DNA of 24,000 nt, taken from Candidatus Woesearchaeota archaeon. GTDB taxonomy: Archaea; Nanobdellota; Nanobdellia; Woesearchaeales; JABIAG01. This document shows, piece after piece, positions 10,201 to 15,523 of this stretch. The DNA is taken from NCBI GenBank assembly GCA_018653365.1, contig JABIAG010000001.1, positions 735,591 through 759,590 on the forward strand. The letters are read 5' to 3'. Numbering within the stretch: the first letter of the stretch is position 1; each line of letters starts with the position of its first letter. Made by a program: the position numbers and the translations under genes. The notes beneath the pieces were generated by a model. The model made no database searches, was not told the origin of the DNA, and was given only the letters and a program-made list of their open reading frames with translations.

Positions 10201-10523
10201 AAATTAAAAGGAGCTTCAACATCACTTTCCAACGCCACTTCTTCATTTAAAGCAATAGCCTTTAAAAATCCAAGAACCTCCAACAACAACTCATTACGAT
10301 TTTCCAAACTAACAAAAAGCGTTTCAACCTTCTTTTTCGCAACATCAACAGACTCACCAGGAATCTTATTAGCCAACTCCTTGACAACAGCCAAAGTATC
10401 ATCCAACTCTGAACTAGCCTTTATTGCCCGCCTAGCCTTAATAAAACTCTTACGATCTAAACGCTTAGAACTACGTTGCCTAGCCATCCACAAAGAAACA
10501 AGTTCAACAACCATACACGACAT
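7233..10523 (-). CDS. Large (~1096 aa) coiled-coil/alpha-helical protein with a C-terminal clan-CD-like (caspase/CHAT/CPD-like) cysteine protease domain
   Basis: Long uninterrupted ORF. The C-terminal region has strand-GHG (HLFLAGHGSP, His codon 8019-8021) and, 79 aa later, strand-Cys (NVVLLSCSVNN, Cys codon 7782-7784). That is the His...Cys dyad layout of clan CD proteases. The start is ambiguous (TTG 10526, ATG 10523, 10514 or 10487). Confidence 0.6.
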   Translation of the reverse strand: MSCMVVELVSLWMARQRSSKRLDRKSFIKARRAIKASSELDDTLAVVKELANKIPGESVDVAKKKVETLFVSLENRNELLLEVLGFLKAIALNEEVALESDVEAPFNLLKGFLSSLKELSERSDFAELRPVLQLLILELTNGFEMVLFEVEQILEDVSSDFRKVRHRNRSLLSQLTLLSVSGLEKRIKRRERKKRALDSHVSSISEVLAKHIGILRKFGGKKSDELRQSLSLFKKDFSKLVGFLFSRAEVSEQIIYYVFQVEHKLLKVFASQDELVSEDLKQDDAALAKFSKMQVVEDSALRKIKRRMWRTAKKEWGVVERMVGATNGLIKNLVRTGVVASSLLGPMTARPSSVDFDVVSQISSMQVELETISKGNKLDAFKARIAKLRKVVKAGDSKKKDYLLQLLKELEEMSVPVREVDQTLDVTRNVEKFKLSHTYGVAFAEKTILQGAEWSKLKSSMSKSDYVLLVQVTLEMLTSKNLKDIGSVSVSIENLQHKLAEVKDWWEKEAEKTDENEKWYLDFVKKQRDSLAEAKALESWDEPVVKAALKLNELGLLKKENFTPGPLSLRLFQRLAFLYRRFPSLAKKANSANAIFFFSEFVSLGIGGSFKLFYVPVQKFMDEDDAVDFWKRFNEFNAGKEIHHFKFKGIVRNLKRLFFDKGFEAKKVSDSLFKTAMFVKPSKWKKIESAIDSGIDVGEEVSKLYGGKTALLKVDSDRLLSEIQEFNAYISRRDVLKGEVNADKLSLDVLKTQILIREHQKETGVLFSDNRPISVVFLAESDDTGAFEGMDWSSLNKSHNVLFFSVGKDSQILKMLERYESELRGKISHLFLAGHGSPSSITLGDLKKFRKELRQIHPLEYPGLHSDKQIDEAIAAFKKMPEVDEAILDRSDEDVFGEVKNFMKPNGNVVLLSCSVNNWKGRKASKNLDNIAEWIAKVTERSAIGHLGKGYAYKSKFAFDKAGNLIGVFFYTIQEGEDARTQRTLRRYQKVILKQLKAATQSDQIKKIKAKAMESEMLSEKGKRMVSIISSTVIQNVGSVSNPKFVNRGGMFFEPALHFKVNESASESSPSRIVQDNHVFEKGPDGKYFFSGFVKK

Positions 10524-10590
10524 CAAACAAACTAGTATTTAAATATTGTTATCCAAAACCATTATAAACTAAGTGTGAACACCTTTAAAC

Positions 10591-11025
10591 ATGGAAAACT
10601 TATGTCAACTAGAAGGAATGAGCTGTTTTGGATGCTGTGGAAATAGTTACAAAAGCGTTAAAGAAATCAAAGAAGACATTAAACAGAACACTGCAGAATT
10701 TAAAGAATGTGTTAGTTTAGAAGACTTTCGAGACAGATCTGGGAAGTGGGATTTACGAGAAAGCGGAGTGTGCAGAAACGTAATAGAAAATGAGGGCAAA
10801 ATATTCTGTCCATTACACCCAAAATTTTGTGGTACTGAATTAAGAGAGGATCATTGCGAACCAGAATATTTATGTAAAACATTTAAGGCATTTCAAAACT
10901 GGAAGGATAAGAAAAAACAAGAGTTTATCACATTCATAAAATCCAAAAAACTAGATAGTTACAGATATTCCATATTAATGGATGCAAACAAATTATTAGA
11001 CGAATTTAATGAGAAAACAATATAA
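10591..11025 (+). CDS. Cysteine-rich protein, possibly YkgJ/UPF0153-like Fe-S/zinc cluster protein
   Basis: 144 aa with ten Cys, including MSCFGCCGN near the N-terminus and GVCRNVIENEGKIFCPLHP. This resembles the CxxCxxCC ... C-x-hydrophobic...C-P pattern of that family. Weak assignment. Confidence 0.4.
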   Translation: MENLCQLEGMSCFGCCGNSYKSVKEIKEDIKQNTAEFKECVSLEDFRDRSGKWDLRESGVCRNVIENEGKIFCPLHPKFCGTELREDHCEPEYLCKTFKAFQNWKDKKKQEFITFIKSKKLDSYRYSILMDANKLLDEFNEKTI

Positions 11026-11047
11026 ATAGTTCTAAATTTCCTGCTAT

Positions 11048-11419
11048 ATGCAGATAAGAAGAAGAGTAGCAAACTACTTATGCGGAACAGATGCTGAAGA
11101 ACTAGCTAAAGAATGCACACAGCGAATAAATAACGCAATTCCCGTTAAAAGAAAGCGAATGTTCGAAATTGAGGAACTTGAAACATTAGAATTCTGGGCA
11201 ACTAGAATGTTACCCAACTTAGTAACTTTAGGATCAATCGCATGTGGAAATTTGAAAGGAATCATGTTAAGTGAGGTAACCAGACATTATGGAAGCAAAG
11301 CTATTCGATGGTGGATGGAAAAAACCGCAACACGTTATGAACAAATGTATGGTCCACTTAATAGAAATGAATTACCCGCACCACAATATCCTGGAACAAG
11401 CTTTTCTAAAAAATCTTAA
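11048..11419 (+). CDS. Hypothetical protein (123 aa)
   Basis: ATG-initiated ORF 22 nt after the previous stop, same strand, with non-repetitive Trp/Arg-containing composition. No motif recognised. Confidence 0.5.
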   Translation: MQIRRRVANYLCGTDAEELAKECTQRINNAIPVKRKRMFEIEELETLEFWATRMLPNLVTLGSIACGNLKGIMLSEVTRHYGSKAIRWWMEKTATRYEQMYGPLNRNELPAPQYPGTSFSKKS

Positions 11420-12114
11420 CACTTAATCTTGCCGCCTTGCCAATCTTTTAGAACTAATCTTGCTGCACTTCTTGTATCAGGTAGGCCTTTCTTCAAAAGA
11501 AACTGACGCTTAATAGCCAACTCTTCCAAATCTTTTACTCCGTAATGATGTAGTAACCTAGGAAACTTTTCCAACAAATCATAAAACGCATCTTCAGGAT
11601 CTTTAACCTTAGAAAAATCAACACTACCCTTCATGATACTTTCATCCTCCCGATAAGGAATAACTCCAGGAGTGTCAACCAACATAAACTGTTTAGCAGA
11701 AATATTCTGCTTACCCTTAGTAAAACCAGAAGAAGAAGAAGTCTTCGCAGAACCCCTGCCGTTTAAAGCATTAATAACAGAACTCTTACCAACATTGGGA
11801 TAACCAAGAACTCCAACCAAAGGCTTTTCAACCTTTAATCGCTTACCCTCAATAATTATCATCTCTTTTAACTTCCTAATTCCATGATATTCCTTAGAAG
11901 AAACAAAAACTGCTCTTTTGAAACGTCGTTTAGCCAGTTCTAACACTGATTTATGTACTAAATCACACTTGTTTAAAACATAAATTAGGGGTTGTTTAAC
12001 CTTATTAACGATTTCTTCATTAATAGTTTCATCAATATTCCTTGCATCCAACACTAATAAGATTATATCAGACTTTCTTAATACCTCATTAACAACTGTC
12101 CAAAAACGTGCCAT
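11416..12114 (-). CDS. Circularly permuted GTPase (YlqF/RbgA/Nog2-like ribosome biogenesis GTPase)
   Basis: The motif order is permuted: G4 LNKCDL, then G1 GYPNVGKSSVINAL, then G3 VDTPGV. The track start is TTG 12120; I prefer ATG 12114. Confidence 0.85.
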   Translation of the reverse strand: MARFWTVVNEVLRKSDIILLVLDARNIDETINEEIVNKVKQPLIYVLNKCDLVHKSVLELAKRRFKRAVFVSSKEYHGIRKLKEMIIIEGKRLKVEKPLVGVLGYPNVGKSSVINALNGRGSAKTSSSSGFTKGKQNISAKQFMLVDTPGVIPYREDESIMKGSVDFSKVKDPEDAFYDLLEKFPRLLHHYGVKDLEELAIKRQFLLKKGLPDTRSAARLVLKDWQGGKIKC

Positions 12115-12145
12115 AACCAATATTTAACTAAGGATACTTTTATAG

Positions 12146-12805
12146 TTAACTGTTTGATAGATTAAAACTCTTAAAAACAAAATATTTGAAATCATCAGAA
12201 GAAAAATTCAGATAACCCACATCAATCGAAACGGGTTTAGACTTACCAATAGGCAGTTCAGTTTTAAAAAGTTGAATTAATTCTTTAATTTCATCCTTAG
12301 ATTTACTTTCTAAAAAACGAGCAACAGTGATGTGAGCACCCCAAGGCAGTCTAAATTCCATGCCTTTTTTTGATGCTTGATTAACAATCTGTTCAACAAC
12401 CCCATAAAAAGCAGAATTAGGTTTTCCCGCAGCCACCCCCGCATCTTGATTTAATAACCAACAATCATAATCAACAACAACCCGTTCCAATAATGGCAAG
12501 CAGCCCTCAACAACTTCAGACAAACGCTCTAACATTTTCGTATCACATACAAAATCGTCTTTGGCTTGAAAAATAATAATAGTTGTATGCGCATTACTTT
12601 TGTCATATTTAATCGAACGTACTAGTTTAGAAACCTTATTTGAAAAGTCCATTATTTTATTGGTTATTTCATCTGAATGACGAAAAGCAATCATATATGC
12701 GCCTTGTCTGTGACTTTTTGGAACTACGCCTTTATCGCTTTTAATAAATGCCTTAAAACTCTCATATATCCCATCTTGCTGCTCAAGAAAACTTTCAAAA
12801 CTCAT
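12146..12805 (-). CDS. 2H phosphoesterase superfamily protein (LigT/ThpR-like RNA 2',3'-cyclic phosphodiesterase)
   Basis: Two HxT motifs in the expected beta-strand context: NAHTTIIIF and GAHITVARF. The track ORF extends to 12940 through a tRNA-like sequence. I start at ATG 12805 (MSFESFLEQQ), which has AT-rich promoter-like sequence upstream. Confidence 0.75.
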   Translation of the reverse strand: MSFESFLEQQDGIYESFKAFIKSDKGVVPKSHRQGAYMIAFRHSDEITNKIMDFSNKVSKLVRSIKYDKSNAHTTIIIFQAKDDFVCDTKMLERLSEVVEGCLPLLERVVVDYDCWLLNQDAGVAAGKPNSAFYGVVEQIVNQASKKGMEFRLPWGAHITVARFLESKSKDEIKELIQLFKTELPIGKSKPVSIDVGYLNFSSDDFKYFVFKSFNLSNS

Positions 12806-12861
12806 GAGTATATGAATTAAAGATAGTTTATAATGCTTATGATATATTTTAAAAAGAAATA

Positions 12862-12940
12862 TGGCCCCGCGGAACTCCAAACCAAGGGTCTTGTTCCTTG
12901 ATCCCGCCACCAAGTACGATCTCATTACATTCAATCGCAC
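12862..12940 (-). pseudogene. Decayed tRNA-like copy related to the adjacent tRNA-Ile
   Basis: The minus strand ends ...GGTTTGGAGTTCCGCGGGGCCA, against tRNA-Ile ...GGTCCGGAGTTCAAATCTCCGCGGGGCCA. The T-loop is missing (about a 7-nt deletion) and no 5' acceptor strand complementary to CGGGGCC exists. A D-loop-like CTTGGTGGCGG is retained. A 23-nt block including the 3' flank (12851-12873) matches 12952-12974 with one mismatch. Confidence 0.45.
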
Positions 12941-12962
12941 GAAAAAACAAAAAAAAGAAAAA
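12941..12962 (-). terminator. Oligo-T tract immediately 3' of tRNA-Ile (archaeal-type terminator)
   Basis: The minus strand reads TTTTTCTTTTTTTTGTTTTTTC directly after the tRNA discriminator base. Confidence 0.5.
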
Positions 12963-13036
12963 TGGCCCCGCGGAGATTTGAACTCCGGACCTTTCGATTA
13001 TCAGTCGAACGCACCACCAGACTATGCTACAGGGCC
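12963..13036 (-). tRNA. tRNA-Ile (anticodon GAT), 74 nt, no intron, CCA not encoded
   Basis: Hand-folded cloverleaf: GGCCCTG TA GCAT AGTCTGGTG GTGC G TTCGA CTGATAA TCGAA AGGTC CGGAG TTCAAAT CTCCG CGGGGCC A. All stems pair, with one G-U in the acceptor stem. Confidence 0.93.
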
Positions 13037-13140
13037 AATGAATTATAGGCTTGACGAACAACGCGAGGAAACCTATTTCGACGTCAACTAACGAAACGGT
13101 TGCCAGGGTGTGCTACTTAAGCTGTAATAAGAGAAAAACT

Positions 13141-13161
13141 AGGTTATTTTATAAATATTGC
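13141..13161. repeat. Copy 1 of an exact 21-bp direct repeat AGGTTATTTTATAAATATTGC (contains a TATA-like core)
   Basis: Identical to 14227-14247 by direct reading. Confidence 0.9.
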
Positions 13162-13169
13162 TGTTAAAC

Positions 13170-13322
13170 TTAACCAAAGAAAGAAACACCAGGATTACAA
13201 AACGCGGGACTCATACCAGAAGGCACGTAAGGCATTGCTCCACCAACTGCAAAACCTACAAGAGGGGTTCTATGACCAAAAGCAGCATTCCACTGATATG
13301 GTAACTCATCCAAATCAAGCAT
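13170..13322 (-). CDS. Small ORF (50 aa) with a good SD; acidic N-terminus and Gly/Pro/hydrophobic C-terminus
   Basis: AAGGAG lies 6 nt upstream of ATG 13322. My translation is MLDLDELPYQWNAAFGHRTPLVGFAVGGAMPYVPSGMSPAFCNPGVSFFG*. It is below the 60-aa track cutoff. The same frame is open upstream to about 13464. Confidence 0.35.
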   Translation of the reverse strand: MLDLDELPYQWNAAFGHRTPLVGFAVGGAMPYVPSGMSPAFCNPGVSFFG

Positions 13323-13449
13323 TCTTCTCTCCTTAGACGAACCAGTTAATTCAGAAGTTAACTTGCCTCCTTTATGAACTACATCAGGACCTTTATTTTG
13401 AGGACGTCTAAAATGAGATTGAATATCAGAACCAGGTGTTGATGATACT

Positions 13450-14172
13450 TCATTCTGAATACATTAAAAAATGAGCAAGATCATAATTTGAAACACTTTC
13501 TCCAGCACTAGTAACCCAACCAACATCTGCCCTAGTATATGGATGCCACATACCATCTAACTTTAACATAATAAATCTTCCAGGCTTAACAGCATTTAAA
13601 GCCGGAATTGCACTTCTATAAGAAGTATCTTGAGGTTGTTTTCCTTTATTAACCCAACTTACCATGGTTCTGTGAAATTCTCTTCCTGCAGCTTTGTCAT
13701 GATGAGTGTGTTTATCTCTTCTTTTTTGTAAAGGAGAATTAGATTCAATAATTCGATAAGAACCATCTTTTTGCTTTTTTAACTTTATAGGCAAATAACC
13801 CATATCAACAAACCTTACATCTCTTCTGCTCTGTCTTTCAGCCTCACGTTCATAACTTAAACCACTATGAACCGGGATGAGAGAATGTTCCAGTTCAGTA
13901 TGATAAGCATTCAGTTCATCTTGAAGAGTATCCGCAGGTAAGACGTTATCTTTTAATTCTCTTCGCCTTCCAGCCCAGGCCAAAGCAGTTTCACTAGCAA
14001 GCTTAGCATCCCTTTGAGTCCAACTAAGCTCTGTTTCTGCAACTATATCAAACCTAACTTCTTCACGTAACGCAGCATTAAGCTCGTATCTCTCTCGCCT
14101 ATGAGCAAGAACCTTGTGAACTTTACCAACACTGCCTCCGCACCTAATAAGGGGTTCTTTTTCTATCGTCAT
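13450..14172 (-). CDS. Hypothetical protein (240 aa), Arg/His/Trp-rich, no recognised domain
   Basis: The ORF track starts at TTG 14184; ATG 14172 (MTIEKEPLIRCGG...) is preferred. A TTTTTAAA box lies about 35 nt upstream. Composition differs from the Lys-rich neighbours. Confidence 0.6.
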   Translation of the reverse strand: MTIEKEPLIRCGGSVGKVHKVLAHRRERYELNAALREEVRFDIVAETELSWTQRDAKLASETALAWAGRRRELKDNVLPADTLQDELNAYHTELEHSLIPVHSGLSYEREAERQSRRDVRFVDMGYLPIKLKKQKDGSYRIIESNSPLQKRRDKHTHHDKAAGREFHRTMVSWVNKGKQPQDTSYRSAIPALNAVKPGRFIMLKLDGMWHPYTRADVGWVTSAGESVSNYDLAHFLMYSE

Positions 14173-14226
14173 AACTATCAACAAAAAATAACTTGAGATA
14201 GTTTAAAAAGCTTACTGGGAAAAATC

Positions 14227-14247
14227 AGGTTATTTTATAAATATTGC
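14227..14247. repeat. Copy 2 of the exact 21-bp direct repeat; here positioned as the promoter of the radical SAM gene
   Basis: The TTTTATAAATA core is centred about 27 nt upstream of ATG 14265, consistent with a leaderless or short-leader archaeal promoter. Confidence 0.9.
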
Positions 14248-14264
14248 AGTATAAATAGAAAATA

Positions 14265-15287
14265 ATGAAACAAAATAAACATTATTCATACAATCAAAAA
14301 AGCATCTGTGACGGGTGTAAATTGTGCGTAAAAGGGAGAAAATCAGTGATTTTCATAACAGGACTCTGTCCACGTAGTTGTGAATACTGCCCATTATCTG
14401 ATGAAAAGTACAAAAAAGACGTAATGTACTGTAATGAACGGAAAGTAAACAAATTAGATGAGATAATTGCTGAAGTAAAGATTTCTAGATCAACCGGTGC
14501 AGGAATAACGGGAGGAGATCCACTAGTTAAACTTGGAAGAACCGTCGAAATCATTAAGATGTTGAAAAAAAGCTTTGGAAGTAAGTTTCACATCCATCTT
14601 TATACCTCTCCAAACCTAGTTACCGAAGATAAATTAAATCAACTACATAAAGCAGGGTTAGATGAAATAAGATTTCACCCAGATATTGAAAGTGATAAAT
14701 TATGGAATAAAATCAATGTTGCCAAAACGTTTAACTGGAAAGTTGGAATAGAAATCCCGGTAATTCCAGGAAAATATACTGAAACCGTTAAATTGATTGA
14801 ATATTTCAAGTGGGTTGATTTTATCAACCTAAACGAACTGGAAATGTCAGACGGAAACGCATATGTACAAACAGGCAAATGTAAAGATACACTAAGTTAT
14901 GCAATAACGGGGAGTAAAGCATTGGCAATGAGACTAATGAAACGATTTAGTAAGTTACAAATACACTTCTGCACAGCCAAACTAAAAGACAGAGTACAAC
15001 TAGCAAACAGAATTAAGTTAAGAGCTAAAAGTGTAGCACGTAAACTGGATTACGTAGATGAAGAAGGACTCATCACACACGGTGAGATTAAAGGAACTGA
15101 AAAAGATATGATTGCAATTAAGAAAGAGTTTAGCATTCCCACTTCTTTGATTGAGTTTGATGGAATAATAAACATTGCTGCATGGGTATTGTTAGATATT
15201 TACAAAGAAATACGTCACAAATGCTATATTGTAAAAGAATACCCAACATATGATAAATTGATTATTGAGAAGGAAGAATTGAAATAA
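14265..15287 (+). CDS. Radical SAM protein (COG2108/MJ0804-like, PFL-activase-related, function unknown)
   Basis: A CPRSCEYC (CX3CX2C) cluster motif, a GGDPL SAM-binding motif and an extra N-terminal CDGCKLC. No SPASM-like C-terminal Cys cluster seen. Confidence 0.85.
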   Translation: MKQNKHYSYNQKSICDGCKLCVKGRKSVIFITGLCPRSCEYCPLSDEKYKKDVMYCNERKVNKLDEIIAEVKISRSTGAGITGGDPLVKLGRTVEIIKMLKKSFGSKFHIHLYTSPNLVTEDKLNQLHKAGLDEIRFHPDIESDKLWNKINVAKTFNWKVGIEIPVIPGKYTETVKLIEYFKWVDFINLNELEMSDGNAYVQTGKCKDTLSYAITGSKALAMRLMKRFSKLQIHFCTAKLKDRVQLANRIKLRAKSVARKLDYVDEEGLITHGEIKGTEKDMIAIKKEFSIPTSLIEFDGIINIAAWVLLDIYKEIRHKCYIVKEYPTYDKLIIEKEELK

Positions 15288-15299
15288 AAAATAAAAAAA
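15288..15299 (-). terminator. Oligo-T tract immediately 3' of tRNA-Asn
   Basis: The minus strand reads TTTTTTTATTTT directly after discriminator G (15300). Confidence 0.45.
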
Positions 15300-15471
15300 C
15301 GCCCCCGGTCAGACTTGAACTGACGACCTAAACCGAAATTAGTCATTTCTGGCTAATTTTTGCGGTAACTGCTTAACAGATTAACAGCTTCGTGATCTCA
15401 AAAGCGAGATTCGCACGCTCTACCTGTTGCTCCGCAGAAGCGTTAACTCCATACGTCTAAGCTACAGGGGC
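15300..15471 (-). tRNA. tRNA-Asn (anticodon GTT) gene interrupted by four predicted BHB introns; the spliced product is 73 nt
   Basis: Exons (minus strand): 15457-15471, 15412-15426, 15382-15388, 15361-15366 and 15300-15329. Introns: 15427-15456 (30 nt, position 15/16), 15389-15411 (23 nt, 30/31), 15367-15381 (15 nt, canonical 37/38) and 15330-15360 (31 nt, 43/44). Spliced sequence: GCCCCTG TA GCTT AGCAGGTA GAGC G TGCGG CTGTTAA CCGCA AGGTC GTCAG TTCAAGT CTGAC CGGGGGC G. Each intron has a 4-bp central helix flanked by two 3-nt bulges. Cutting after the second bulge nucleotide gives exactly this cloverleaf. Confidence 0.82.
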
Positions 15472-15523
15472 AATTATTTTTTGTAGAGCGTGTAGGTCTG
15501 AAATAAAGAAAGTTACAATCACT

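Noticed and set aside
12806-12940. N-terminal extension of the 2H phosphoesterase ORF (track start at 12940)
   Set aside because: The extension reads through the tRNA-like remnant and AT-rich promoter sequence (MRLNVMRSYLVAGSRNKTLGLEFRG...). The conserved protein begins at ATG 12805.
12861-13091. 76-aa plus-strand ORF, and the 70-aa minus-strand ORF 12849-13061
   Set aside because: Both simply translate across tRNA-Ile and the tRNA remnant. They are artefacts of GC-rich RNA genes in an AT-rich genome.
13445-13470. Programmed +1 frameshift joining the 240-aa ORF to the downstream open frame
   Set aside because: The overlap (..TAT TCA GAA TGA AGT..) has no slippery heptamer or CUU-UGA-C type shift site. 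An independent SD-ATG at 13322, or simple pseudogenisation, explains the open frame more economically.
12851-14247. Integrated element using tRNA-Ile as its att site
   Set aside because: No integrase, recombinase or transposase ORF is present. The duplicated tRNA segment includes the non-tRNA flank, which indicates tandem duplication. The 21-bp repeats are unrelated to the tRNA sequence.
13170-15287. RiPP-like cluster (small peptide plus radical SAM enzyme)
   Set aside because: The radical SAM gene is on the opposite strand with its own promoter, and it lacks a SPASM/twitch auxiliary-cluster region or a RiPP recognition element that I can see. It resembles a widely conserved archaeal COG2108-type housekeeping protein. 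Proximity alone is insufficient.
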